Origin: a virus
Lineage: Duplodnaviria > Caudoviricetes
DNA length: 35,120 nucleotides
Strand: one strand, 5' to 3'
IMG/VR virus record: IMGVR_UViG_3300032216_000750
Span: 1-35,120 of that record
In this document: piece by piece, positions 1-8,635 of the stretch
Layout of the letters: every line of letters starts with the position of its first letter
Position numbering within the stretch: position 1 is the stretch's first letter
Made by a program: the position numbers and the translations under genes
The notes under the pieces: model-generated
The model's input: only the letters and a program-made list of their open reading frames with translations
The model's database searches: none
Told to the model about the DNA's origin: nothing

Positions 1-1006
1 GCACGATCTGCTGCAAGTAACTCTCAAGAAAGGTCTTGCCACCCGTGTTCGCGCCGCCAACGATGCCCGAAATGGTCGAGGTAGTTTGACCGGAGCCATA
101 GTGCATGTTGGTAACTGCGATTCCCTTGGCCACCTTGTACACGCTGTCATACATCGCGCAAGCAGGCCCGGTAGCGGTTCCAATGTAGTTCCAGCCGAAG
201 ATCAAACCCGCCGTTGGGCTATCGGTCGGATAGGTGAATGACACATCAACATTGTCAACATCCGTCGTATCGTTGTAGGTGCTGCGCGTAGCGTTTGCCA
301 CAGAGACATACGACTGCCCTGCGGGGATCACCTTGTAGACGGTGGGAACAATCGAACCACCAGATGTGTTTGTTCTCGCATGCGTCACGCGATACTTCAA
401 AGAAGTTCCGGGCTGCATCCAAGTCGGAAGCGTTGGAGACGCAAATGTTGGCGACGCTGGATAGGTCGCGTTCAACTGATCGAATGCCGCATTTGTGTTC
501 GTCGGCGCGATGTACGCAAAGTCAAATGTTCCATATGCGCCATATGGCAAAAACGCACTTCCCGCTACAGCGAATGCTTTTACCGCCGCTGGCCCAGACG
601 CGCCACCACGCAGCAAAGTTCCTGTGGCCGCTTTTGGTTGCGAGAAAAATCCGAATGGCGCAATCACCGTGCTGCCATCATCCTCTTTCACTACGCCCGC
701 AGTAAATGTTGCTCCGTTCGTCATGATTGGCATCATGCCGGAGCCATAGGTCTGCGCGCCTGCGGCGTTCAGACCACGCAGAAGGCCGCGCGTCCAGCCT
801 CCACCGCAACCGCCGAAGCCGCCGTAGGAATACCCTGCGTTGCTGTCGCCAATGGTGATGATGTCGAGGCTGTTTGCGCCGCTGATCGCGTCGGACACGA
901 ACAATGCAGACAGCGGCGAGCCGTATAGGCCGGGAGCCATGCTGCCACCGTCGAGCATGCCCGGTCGATGGATTCGACGCGGGAGGCTGTCAGGTCGTGT
1001 TCGCAT
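1..1006 (-). CDS. SGNH/GDSL-hydrolase-like protein, 5' part; runs off the window (putative virion-associated esterase)
   Basis: Not in the ORF track because it has no stop in the window. ATG at 1006 overlaps the TGA of the upstream gene (TGATG). Manual translation is open to position 2: MRTRPDSLPRR...DIITIGDSNAGY...ESYLQQIV. IGDSN resembles SGNH block I. Confidence 0.65.
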   Translation of the reverse strand, partial: MRTRPDSLPRRIHRPGMLDGGSMAPGLYGSPLSALFVSDAISGANSLDIITIGDSNAGYSYGGFGGCGGGWTRGLLRGLNAAGAQTYGSGMMPIMTNGATFTAGVVKEDDGSTVIAPFGFFSQPKAATGTLLRGGASGPAAVKAFAVAGSAFLPYGAYGTFDFAYIAPTNTNAAFDQLNATYPASPTFASPTLPTWMQPGTSLKYRVTHARTNTSGGSIVPTVYKVIPAGQSYVSVANATRSTYNDTTDVDNVDVSFTYPTDSPTAGLIFGWNYIGTATGPACAMYDSVYKVAKGIAVTNMHYGSGQTTSTISGIVGGANTGGKTFLESYLQQIV

Positions 1007-1548
1007 CAGATCGTCGCCCAGAATGCGCCGACCTTCGGCGTGGTTCCCGTGGCCTTGAACTGAAGGGTGATCAACTGCGAGCCGACCGCATCCACGATGA
1101 CGCTAGCAGGCTGCACATTGGTCGTGGCAGCGGTCGCAGGGCTGTAGGCGTTCACTGTTGGAACGCCGCTGCCAATGGTCGCGCTGCTGAAGAAATAGGT
1201 GGTCACCGTGTCGATGGACAGGCTTGCAACCGTGCCGCTGGTATAGCCAAGCGTGACATCTGCAAGCACAGTCGGAATCCAAACCTTCGTGCCAGCCGTC
1301 TGCTTGTACAAGTTCCAACCAACCACGCGCATTCCGACAGCCGTGAAGTTGTTGTTGCTGGCAATCGGAGTTAGGCGCAGCAGGCTTGGATAGTTCGTGC
1401 CAATGTCGTAAAGCAGCGCGGACTGGCTGGTGGTGCTTGGCTTGGTCGCCGTGGGGCTGGCGGCATCGTAAGCCTGCGCGGAGGTCAGAGTGATGAGGCC
1501 CGTAGTCTGAAATGCAGGCTGCGAGGTGGAGATGATTGCGTTTGCCAT
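1006..1548 (-). CDS. hypothetical Thr/Ala-rich beta-strand protein, probably virion-associated
   Basis: 180-aa ORF packed tightly against its neighbours; composition typical of structural proteins. Confidence 0.7.
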   Translation of the reverse strand: MANAIISTSQPAFQTTGLITLTSAQAYDAASPTATKPSTTSQSALLYDIGTNYPSLLRLTPIASNNNFTAVGMRVVGWNLYKQTAGTKVWIPTVLADVTLGYTSGTVASLSIDTVTTYFFSSATIGSGVPTVNAYSPATAATTNVQPASVIVDAVGSQLITLQFKATGTTPKVGAFWATI

Positions 1549-1833
1549 TCAAGGCTTCCTTTCGAGTCGGTCGATGCGGGACTGGATGCTGTCGATGCGG
1601 GCTGCGTACTCGCGGTCGGTAGCGGAGAGGGTCGAGACTGTGCGGGCGAGGTCTGCGGTGATGGCTGCGAGTTCCTTCATGCGTTCGGCCTGATTGTCGA
1701 TGGCCGCATCTCGGCGACCGACCATCAAGAACGCGCCAGCGATGCTGCCGAGCAGCACGATGGTCTGCACGCCCTGCATCAAGGTCTGGAGGCTCACCTG
1801 CTTGCCAATCTTTACCTCGGTCTGTTCGCTCAT
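1549..1833 (-). CDS. small membrane protein with C-terminal coiled coil
   Basis: Start at MSEQTEV (ATGA overlap with the upstream stop). One hydrophobic segment (TIVLLGSIAGAFLMVG) followed by heptads ending IDSIQSRIDRLE. Confidence 0.7.
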   Translation of the reverse strand: MSEQTEVKIGKQVSLQTLMQGVQTIVLLGSIAGAFLMVGRRDAAIDNQAERMKELAAITADLARTVSTLSATDREYAARIDSIQSRIDRLERKP

Positions 1834-2132
1834 GGCTTTTGGAATGGTAGCGGCTTCCGTCGCCAGCCTAAAGAGAAAAGGACACGCCCTAGAACCGCTG
1901 CTGCCTCGGTCGTGGCTTCCTCGGAGAGAGCCGGGACGGCTGCGTGTAGAACTTCGTGGCACACGATCTCCGCTAGCCGCTGCTGCGACAGGTCGCGGCG
2001 AACGCGAATGGTCGGATGCGGCCCCGGCGGATGGTCGCAGTCGCCGAAGCGGTCGCGTGGCAGTTCGCTGGCCTTGACCAGTCGCACGCGCCACTTGCGC
2101 CCGTTGATCTTGAGCCGCGCCTCATTGTGCAT
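1830..2132 (-). CDS. small zincin-like metallopeptidase (HExxH)
   Basis: Start at MHNEARLKING overlaps the upstream stop. Pattern FGDCD...IRV...IVCHEVLHA...E. Confidence 0.75.
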   Translation of the reverse strand: MHNEARLKINGRKWRVRLVKASELPRDRFGDCDHPPGPHPTIRVRRDLSQQRLAEIVCHEVLHAAVPALSEEATTEAAAVLGRVLFSLGWRRKPLPFQKP

Positions 2133-3105
2133 CGTGAACATCCCAAGCGATGCGAGGCACGCCCCTGCGCTTTCCCTTCGCCCCGATGGCATCCCATTGC
2201 AGGTAGATGCGTACCCACTTCTGCCGGAGCGGCGACGGGCCGAAGTTCTTCTCAACCTCCCATCCGTGGCTTCCGTCCTTCCATCCGTCCTTGGTTGTAC
2301 CCACGCGGATGAAGTCGCAGTAGCGTTTCTCGATCTTGTAGACCCCGTTCTGTGTGGACAAGAACTCGCGCGCTATGCCGACCACATTGCTGGTGTGCAG
2401 GTGGCTCGTCACGATGCTGTCTGCGCCTTCGATCATGGAATACATGCGCCGGACATCTAGCACGCCGAATGACATCATCGCGCCGCCTCCGCCGCCGTGG
2501 TGGTATCTCTGCGTGTAGGTCAGCCGATTCCCTCCCAACTCAAACTGCCACTTCACCCAGCCGCCGTAGCCGCCCGTGCCGACTGGCGAGTGTGCGCGAT
2601 CCTTGATGGCCCGGACGAGGTGCGCGGTAGGGTCGCTTTCGCGGTGTCGGAGCCATGCGCTTTCGTGATTGCCTTGCGCCAACATCCCGATGTGCGATGC
2701 GTATGGTGCGAACAGGTCAGCGGCCTGATCTATCACCCGGTCGAAGTAATTGTCCGAGAGCAGCGTGCTACGCAAAGCCGACTTGCTGCCACGCTTGTCG
2801 CCGACGCCCTGCATCAAATCTAGAGAATCGCCGATGCAAAGCACCACGGCATCACGCTCAACAGCCTGCGCGAGAAGCCGCGTGGTCATCTCGTTGTTCG
2901 CGCCCTTGCTGTCAACATGATTGTCCGCGAGCAGGAGACACCATTGCTCAAAGTTCCCCATCGTGGGACGCTTCACCTTGACCACATGGATGTTGCTGCT
3001 GTGGTGTTCGATCTCCCAGCCGCGCTTGCGGTCTGGGTATCGCTTGATGCCGGGAACCACGATCTCGCCGATCTTGCTGATCTTGGTCTTTGGCTTGCGC
3101 TTCAC
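2122..3105 (-). CDS. calcineurin-like metallophosphoesterase
   Basis: Ordered motifs ADNH, IGDSLD, GNHE, HHG and SHLH. Confidence 0.85.
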   Translation of the reverse strand: MKRKPKTKISKIGEIVVPGIKRYPDRKRGWEIEHHSSNIHVVKVKRPTMGNFEQWCLLLADNHVDSKGANNEMTTRLLAQAVERDAVVLCIGDSLDLMQGVGDKRGSKSALRSTLLSDNYFDRVIDQAADLFAPYASHIGMLAQGNHESAWLRHRESDPTAHLVRAIKDRAHSPVGTGGYGGWVKWQFELGGNRLTYTQRYHHGGGGGAMMSFGVLDVRRMYSMIEGADSIVTSHLHTSNVVGIAREFLSTQNGVYKIEKRYCDFIRVGTTKDGWKDGSHGWEVEKNFGPSPLRQKWVRIYLQWDAIGAKGKRRGVPRIAWDVHDAQ

Positions 3106-3479
3106 GCGGCCTCCTGTGTGAGATGCAGTTCTACGCGAGGGTTCTTGGGATCGACCGCAAGCACTAGCGGCAGGTGCGTGATGCCGCTGTCATCGACCAA
3201 CAGCCCGGAATCGGTCAGCCCGTCGAAGGTGGCCTTTAGGCTGGCTAGGCAGTTGTCCCGGTCGCGCCTGCGCGAGTCGCGTGCGTACCAATGCACCACG
3301 CAAGACGCGGCCTTCCATCCGCCCTTACAGTTTGTTTCGTGCATGGCGATCTGCGCTTGAGCCCACGCCTCGACGCGCGCACGCTTGACGGCCTTGGCCT
3401 TGACGGCCCAATGGCAACGCGCGTTCGGACTCAACACCCGAGGTGGTATCCCAACCGTGACGGTGAGGCTCTCGGGCAT
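3102..3479 (-). CDS. rusA: RusA-like Holliday junction resolvase / endonuclease
   Basis: SPNAR.HW and RRRDRDN...K...DGL..SGLLVDD motifs. Start taken at MPESLTV (3479); 3527 is an alternative. Confidence 0.75.
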   Translation of the reverse strand: MPESLTVTVGIPPRVLSPNARCHWAVKAKAVKRARVEAWAQAQIAMHETNCKGGWKAASCVVHWYARDSRRRDRDNCLASLKATFDGLTDSGLLVDDSGITHLPLVLAVDPKNPRVELHLTQEAA

Positions 3480-3560
3480 GCTGCTAGCGTGCCACGCCGG
3501 ATCGTCTGATGGAAGGGGAAGAGCCATCCTTGGCTTCCGGCGCGTCCTGCGCTGGGAATC

Positions 3561-3803
3561 CTACTCCGGTGGTCGCCGCTTCCTGCGAGGGATCGGTTCA
3601 ACTGCTGCGAAGACCTGTGCAGCCAGTCGCAGCCCGCTGATGGCCTCGTCCATGTCCAGCGGCGATGGGTAGTGCTTGAGGCACGCTGCTGCTTCGTCCC
3701 TGATCGGCTTCGGGATCCCCGGCGTGCGCTTGGCATCGCACAACGCGCCGAGCAAGTAGCGGGTCTTGGAGATGGCTCGGAATCGTTCGCGTGGCAAGGT
3801 CAT
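3561..3803 (-). CDS. conserved small phage protein (BPSL0761-like)
   Basis: MTLPRER.RA...LL..L...TP.IP..IR..A...LKHYP pattern; family recalled from memory. Confidence 0.65.
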   Translation of the reverse strand: MTLPRERFRAISKTRYLLGALCDAKRTPGIPKPIRDEAAACLKHYPSPLDMDEAISGLRLAAQVFAAVEPIPRRKRRPPE

Positions 3804-3865
3804 GGCAGAGGCTCCCCAACCCCCTCAATTCCAAGGGATTGCGCGTGCATTGTATCGCGGCTCAT
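3800..3865 (-). CDS. possible 21-aa mini-ORF MSRDTMHAQSLGIEGVGEPLP
   Basis: ATGA overlaps at both ends; it exactly bridges the two flanking genes. Confidence 0.35.
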   Translation of the reverse strand: MSRDTMHAQSLGIEGVGEPLP

Positions 3866-4104
3866 TGCTCCCTCGCTTCAAGTTCCTGCAACTGGTGCGT
3901 CAGTCGGTTGCACCGGGCCTTGATGTCATCGCATTCGATGACGAGCAAAACATTCCTTCGCGTCACGACTCGTGCTTCGTCGTCTAGTTGCGCGATGCGT
4001 TCTCGCTGGGCTTCGATTTGGGCTGCCGCCTCAACGCAGAGCGTCATGCCCGTGCTTCGCCAATGCTCTAGAAGCCGCTCGGTCAATTCGCTCGGCTGTG
4101 TCAT
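3862..4104 (-). CDS. hypothetical coiled-coil protein
   Basis: Start at MTQPSEL with ATGA overlap and an upstream AAGGAG. Confidence 0.7.
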   Translation of the reverse strand: MTQPSELTERLLEHWRSTGMTLCVEAAAQIEAQRERIAQLDDEARVVTRRNVLLVIECDDIKARCNRLTHQLQELEAREQ

Positions 4105-4418
4105 TCTGGCTCCTTGAAGCAGTCCCAACCGCGCAAGACTGCGGTATCTCGGAATGATTTGCCGGAAGTTGCGCCCTGCCACGCACACACTTCCCGGCGT
4201 GCTTCGTCACGCTGGTCTTGCAGCGTCTTGATGTCCCGCTCCATCTGCTGATTGCGAACGCCGACAGGCTCGCAAGTCATGCAGCAGCCCTCCAGTCCGG
4301 ACATGATGCGCTCAATCTTGGACTTCGCCTCATCGCGCTCGGCTTGAGCCTTGACTAGCAATCCATGCAGATTCGCCACTTGCTGTCGAAGTTGCATGAT
4401 GTGATCGGAGTCGGTCAT
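4101..4418 (-). CDS. hypothetical coiled-coil protein
   Basis: GAGG RBS and ATGA overlaps; repeated (E/Q)RDEA motif. Confidence 0.7.
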   Translation of the reverse strand: MTDSDHIMQLRQQVANLHGLLVKAQAERDEAKSKIERIMSGLEGCCMTCEPVGVRNQQMERDIKTLQDQRDEARREVCAWQGATSGKSFRDTAVLRGWDCFKEPE

Positions 4419-4867
4419 CCGTGTGCCTCCTCAATCGCGGCATACACCATGCCGACGGTGTACGCGCTCCACTCCTCGACCTTGGGCGACAGCGGCGTGC
4501 CGTCGAGCGCACCCACCTTCCGGCATCGTGCGACTGCTGCGGCGATGACTTCGCGCGGAGCGAGTAGGACGGCGTTGCGTGCCTGCTTGCGCTCGCGTTC
4601 GATCTCGTCCGGGTTGATGCCGTCCTTCCAAGCCTGCGCGTGAACCTTGGCACGCTTGGTGTTGCGCTTGATCTCTCCGGCCAGTTCCTCGGGCTTGACG
4701 CTAGAGCGCGAGAGGGTGAGGCGCATGGTCTTGCACGCCTGCACGATGTCCTCGTGGCTGAACTCGTCCAGCACCTTCGCGGCCTCGGCGTGCCGCTTGG
4801 AGTCGGGCTTGGCCCATGTGCTGCCGCCGAAGTGTTCAAGGATCGTCGCTGCGGTTTCGGTTCTCAT
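4415..4867 (-). CDS. hypothetical protein, possibly helicase loader/inhibitor-like
   Basis: 150-aa helical ORF downstream of the initiator. The function is inferred from position only. Confidence 0.55.
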   Translation of the reverse strand: MRTETAATILEHFGGSTWAKPDSKRHAEAAKVLDEFSHEDIVQACKTMRLTLSRSSVKPEELAGEIKRNTKRAKVHAQAWKDGINPDEIERERKQARNAVLLAPREVIAAAVARCRKVGALDGTPLSPKVEEWSAYTVGMVYAAIEEAHG

Positions 4868-5373
4868 GGTGTCTTTCCGTTATGCCATGCTTGCATGGGT
4901 TGCGTTTGATTTTGGGGAACTGCGTACACGCCTGCGAATGCCTGCCATTCGGGACGCTTGCAGTCTCGCACGAATGCCCATCCCTCCAGTCGGAATGTAC
5001 GAGGCCCGCCCGTAACCCACACCATCCGAATCGGGTCTTCTGTACCACTCACGGTGTTTGGATCGCGTGACTTCACATAGAACGGCCCGCCATGTCTTGC
5101 GTGTCGAGTTTCGATGTTTGGAGTTACATCTATGGCTCGCTCTCTCGCATCCGTCGCCAAGCCACTCCACCAACTGCCAGCCCACTTTGCGACCGCTAGT
5201 TCAGCCATCGCTCCGCGAATGTGATTCTCGTATCCATCGCGCTGACCTGATGGCGGTGGCGTGAGGTCTGGTGCTGCTTGCCATTGGTTCTTGAGTTCAC
5301 GCCGCAGCCCGATGATTGCAGCAGCATGGGCCTCCTCAAAGTTCAGAATCACGACCACATTCGATTCGCTCAT
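4864..5373 (-). CDS. hypothetical protein, possible PD-(D/E)XK-like fold
   Basis: G..AE.AVAK...D V...IE pattern; GGAG RBS; ATGA overlap. Confidence 0.55.
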   Translation of the reverse strand: MSESNVVVILNFEEAHAAAIIGLRRELKNQWQAAPDLTPPPSGQRDGYENHIRGAMAELAVAKWAGSWWSGLATDARERAIDVTPNIETRHARHGGPFYVKSRDPNTVSGTEDPIRMVWVTGGPRTFRLEGWAFVRDCKRPEWQAFAGVYAVPQNQTQPMQAWHNGKTP

Positions 5374-6170
5374 GGTGTCTCCACGGGGTCAAGGTAGCGG
5401 CCTTGGCCTAGCCAAGTGGCCGGGTGCGGGATGAACTTTGGGTCGGTGGTCTTGTGTTCCTTGGCGAGCGCGTCGATCCGCTCCTCCATCCAAATCAGGG
5501 CATCGGTCGGCTCGTCATGCTCAAAGTCCTCCATGACCTCGCGCACGGCCTTGTCCAGCAGAACCATCGCCTTTTTCCTGCCGACCTTGCGCGGGAACCG
5601 TTGCCAGAGCGCGTCCAGCGCGGCCTGCGGGATCGTGGCTCGTCGGTTCGGCTTCGGATCATTTACGGATGAAACTGGCTCGACGGCAACGCCGTTGAGC
5701 GTATCTCTGATTGGTTCTGTCTCTGATAGTGATTGTGTATGTGTATGTGTTTGTGTTTGGCATGATCCAAGCATGGCTGGAGCATTGCTACGAGCATTGC
5801 TCGGAGCATCCCACCGTGCTGCTGCGGCCTTGCGTGCCCGGTCTGCGTTGCGCTTGCCGGACTCGCGCATCTCGCCGCGCTCACGCTCCTGCCGTGGGTT
5901 GCGCCTCTTGCCGTCGCCGTACACCGGGAACTTGTCCTCCAGCAGATGCCACGCTGATCTGATGTCTGGGTCGAGCCTGAACAGCCGCTCGGGATCGCTC
6001 GGCAGTCCGTCGCCCTCCCACGCGGCCCAGAGCAGGATCATGTACGCGCCGCGCTCGCTTGCGCTCCATCCCAGAGTTGCGGCCATGAAGTCCGTGCCCC
6101 AAAATGGCATCCACGGTGCGCGACCCTTGGCCGTGCCATCCGTTTCATTCGTCGCATTCGCTACACTCAC
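5370..6170 (-). CDS. phage replication initiator (DUF1376/YdaU-like)
   Basis: N-terminal PWMPFWGTDFM...S..ERGAY..LL..W; C-terminal LWQRFPRKVGRKKA and FIPHPATWL.QGRY; AGGAGG RBS before a GTG start. Confidence 0.85.
   Translation of the reverse strand: MSVANATNETDGTAKGRAPWMPFWGTDFMAATLGWSASERGAYMILLWAAWEGDGLPSDPERLFRLDPDIRSAWHLLEDKFPVYGDGKRRNPRQERERGEMRESGKRNADRARKAAAARWDAPSNARSNAPAMLGSCQTQTHTHTQSLSETEPIRDTLNGVAVEPVSSVNDPKPNRRATIPQAALDALWQRFPRKVGRKKAMVLLDKAVREVMEDFEHDEPTDALIWMEERIDALAKEHKTTDPKFIPHPATWLGQGRYLDPVETP
5731..5811. repeat. putative replication origin: GAGCATTGCT iteron-like repeats plus a TGTGT(A/T) tract
   Basis: GAGCATTGCT twice, plus partial AGCAT copies, beside tandem TGTGTA/TGTGTT hexamers in the initiator linker. 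This is a lambdoid-type arrangement. Confidence 0.6.
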
Positions 6171-6250
6171 TAAAAGCCTCCTGCGCCCTTATTCGGCGCG
6201 GTTACGGTCAGAAGCGGCTCGCCAACCCCGGCGGGCCGTTTCGCTTCACA

Positions 6251-7753
6251 TCATCCGCGATCTGCGTCGGATTGCAAGCCGTCGCGCCGCGCCGATAGCA
6301 AATCCTCAACCATCTGGATGCGCTCACCGATCCACTCCATGCAGTTCACGGCCATGCTATTCCCCAATGCTCTGTACCGGGGACCATCGGAGCATTGATC
6401 TGCCGCCTTGCCGCGCCACGGGATCAGCGTCCAGTCGTCAGGGAATCCTTGAAGGCGTTCGCATTCGCGTGGGGTAAGGCGACGCACGGTCATCGCTTGT
6501 GATATCGAATGAACATCATGTCCATGCATCGCATTCAGCGTGAACGATGTGCCATCCGTAGAAACGCAGGCGTTGGATTTACTCACTTGCATATTTATGC
6601 ACGCCACCGCAGGCGGAGAAGGGATCCCAACACCACTACCGACTTTGAGCGTTGGCGTGCTGCCATCAGTTTGAAAATCTGGCTCACTCATATTGCTGCT
6701 GAACGCTACTGGGCAAACCTCAACGATTGCCTTGCCTTCCGAAACCCATTGATTGCATCCCCACTTCTCATTGTCGGTTGCAAGAATGGTCGACATGCAC
6801 TCATTGATTTCGGGATAGCGAGCAGATGCAGTTTGAGGAACGGTGTTTCCGTTTTCAACTACAAACTGGTTCGCGTCAATCTGCGTGACTCCCATTGAGG
6901 TTGGGCCTCGAGCAGTTAGCGCACCGACGATTGGTTGCAGCACCGCGCCAAAATTGCCTTTGTCTGGCATGTGTTGGTTGCCTGCTGCGTTTTGTTTTGT
7001 CAATGTCGCCGCGCAATCGCTACCGTCCCACCAGTGCGAAATGGTCAAGTTTCCGCATTCGCTCCCGGCTGGTCCTCCTGATCCATTTGCCCACTTTGCA
7101 CAGACTGTTGCAGAGCAGCCTTCAGCATCGGAGGGAGATATTTCTGTCGCCTTTCGCTTCTTCGTAGGATTCCGGCAGACGCTTTCGCGCTCAAAGAGAA
7201 CCTTTGCGGCAGCGGTCCAGTCTCCAGCACATCGGTCAATGAGGCAACCAACAACGAAGACTCTGCGTCTGCGCTGCGGGACGGCGCGTGGATGCCCGTG
7301 TGTTCTGCACCATTGAGCGTCCAAGACCCGGTAGGCCCACCCATACCCCAGTTCCCCCAACGCTCCGAGGAAGGAACCAAAATCCCGTCCTCCGTTCGAT
7401 GACAACACACCGGGGACATTTTCCCAAACAATCCATCGAGGCCGAATACGCCGAGCGATTTCAAGATAGGTGAGCATGAGTCCGCCTCTTGGGTCTGCAA
7501 GCCCTCCTCGGAGTCCGGCAACGCTGAATGACTGGCATGGGGTTCCCCCCACGAGAAGGTCAACTGATCCGGGTCGAATATCCCATTGGTCATGTTTGGT
7601 CATGTCTCCGTAGTTCGGTGTGTTTGGAAACCGATGTGCCAACACGGCACTCGGAAATGATTCGATCTCGCTGAAGCCAACAGGCTTCCAACCAAGCGGC
7701 TCCCATGCAACCGAAGCGGCTTCGATGCCGCTGCACACGCTCAAGTATCGCAT
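6251..7753 (-). CDS. C5 cytosine DNA methyltransferase (alpha subunit)
   Basis: Motif I (SVCSGIEA), IV (GGTPCQSFS), VI (ENVPG), VIII (QRRRRVF), RRLTPRECERLQGFPD and X (ALGNS). Confidence 0.95.
   Translation of the reverse strand: MRYLSVCSGIEAASVAWEPLGWKPVGFSEIESFPSAVLAHRFPNTPNYGDMTKHDQWDIRPGSVDLLVGGTPCQSFSVAGLRGGLADPRGGLMLTYLEIARRIRPRWIVWENVPGVLSSNGGRDFGSFLGALGELGYGWAYRVLDAQWCRTHGHPRAVPQRRRRVFVVGCLIDRCAGDWTAAAKVLFERESVCRNPTKKRKATEISPSDAEGCSATVCAKWANGSGGPAGSECGNLTISHWWDGSDCAATLTKQNAAGNQHMPDKGNFGAVLQPIVGALTARGPTSMGVTQIDANQFVVENGNTVPQTASARYPEINECMSTILATDNEKWGCNQWVSEGKAIVEVCPVAFSSNMSEPDFQTDGSTPTLKVGSGVGIPSPPAVACINMQVSKSNACVSTDGTSFTLNAMHGHDVHSISQAMTVRRLTPRECERLQGFPDDWTLIPWRGKAADQCSDGPRYRALGNSMAVNCMEWIGERIQMVEDLLSARRDGLQSDADRG
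7045..7593 (-). CDS. alternative-frame methyltransferase beta subunit (M.EcoHK31I-beta-like)
   Basis: 182-aa ORF nested in another frame of the MTase gene. It ends SLTDVLETGPLPQRFSLSAKASAGILRRSERRQKYLPPMLKAAL; GGAG lies upstream of its ATG. Confidence 0.75.
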   Translation of the reverse strand: MTNGIFDPDQLTFSWGEPHASHSALPDSEEGLQTQEADSCSPILKSLGVFGLDGLFGKMSPVCCHRTEDGILVPSSERWGNWGMGGPTGSWTLNGAEHTGIHAPSRSADAESSLLVASLTDVLETGPLPQRFSLSAKASAGILRRSERRQKYLPPMLKAALQQSVQSGQMDQEDQPGANAET

Positions 7754-8049
7754 TGGGTTCCCCTCTCAATCAGACCGCGCACCTCGTCTAGCCACTCCTG
7801 CCGCTCTTCTGGCGTGCGGTAGAACCCTGCCGCTGCCTGCTGCATCACCAGCGCAGTTGTGGCCGTGCATCCGATGAGTTTGGAGATGCCGCTGGGCGTG
7901 CCGTTGGTGAGGCTGTGCAGCGCGTCGTAGGCGAGTCGGCGGGCCGCAACGGCATCCTTGCCAATGCCGCTACCGGGCCTTGGGAACGCGAAGCCCCTGC
8001 GCGACAGGGCTGCTTCAACTGCGGGGATGACGATGGTTGCGGAGTACAT
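7741..8049 (-). CDS. small HTH protein, DnaA C-terminal-domain-like
   Basis: AARRLAYDALHSLT...SGISKLIG...TTAL resembles the DnaA_C helix-turn-helix. Confidence 0.5.
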   Translation of the reverse strand: MYSATIVIPAVEAALSRRGFAFPRPGSGIGKDAVAARRLAYDALHSLTNGTPSGISKLIGCTATTALVMQQAAAGFYRTPEERQEWLDEVRGLIERGTQCDT

Positions 8050-8564
8050 CAGGACACCTTCAGGTAGGGTTGCTTGGGGACGAACATTGCGAACGGTAGC
8101 GTCTGGCCGGATTCAAGCGCGGCGCGAATCGCCTCCTTGTCCGGCACAATTTCGATCTTCTCGGTGATGAACTCTGGCGGAATCTCGCCGACGATCTCCA
8201 TCGCAGGCTTTCCACCCGGCTGCGCGACGGTCGCACGCCAGCGCAAACATTCAATTTTCTTGAGTCCTTGTGCCTGCATCGTCCGAAGCACCTGCGACTT
8301 GAACCACGCTGCGACGGCTTCATCGCGCTTGGCTCGCTGCTTCAGCCTGTCGGCCTCCGCCTTGCGTGCCTCTGCCCGTGCTTCGATGTCTCGGACAAGC
8401 GACAGCACATCGTCAATCGCTGCGGGCAGGCTCTCGGCCTGACGCGCAAGGATGTCGAAGTGACCGTCCATGTCGGCGGTCAATTCACCTTCGGCCTCGG
8501 TCAGCATCGTTTCTAGTTCGCGGGCTGCGCCGGATGCTTCGTACAGTCGTGTGAGTGCGGTCAT
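8049..8564 (-). CDS. Siphovirus Gp157-like protein
   Basis: LYE...L, coiled coil KAEADRL, and IP.EF...PDKEAIRAAL.SG; next to ERF; AGGAG RBS before ATG 8564. Confidence 0.8.
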   Translation of the reverse strand: MTALTRLYEASGAARELETMLTEAEGELTADMDGHFDILARQAESLPAAIDDVLSLVRDIEARAEARKAEADRLKQRAKRDEAVAAWFKSQVLRTMQAQGLKKIECLRWRATVAQPGGKPAMEIVGEIPPEFITEKIEIVPDKEAIRAALESGQTLPFAMFVPKQPYLKVS

Positions 8565-8635
8565 GGTGTCTCCTGTGGGTGTGGGTGAAATAGCCTCGGC
8601 GGAACTTTCGCTCACGCCGAGGCCTTTCCGGGGGA

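Noticed and set aside
295-1374. Several plus-strand ORFs at the left end
   Set aside because: Better explained as antisense to the continuous minus-strand SGNH-like and 180-aa genes.
5416-6477. 353-aa plus-strand ORF
   Set aside because: Antisense to the well-supported initiator gene; Ser/Arg/Ala-rich shadow composition.
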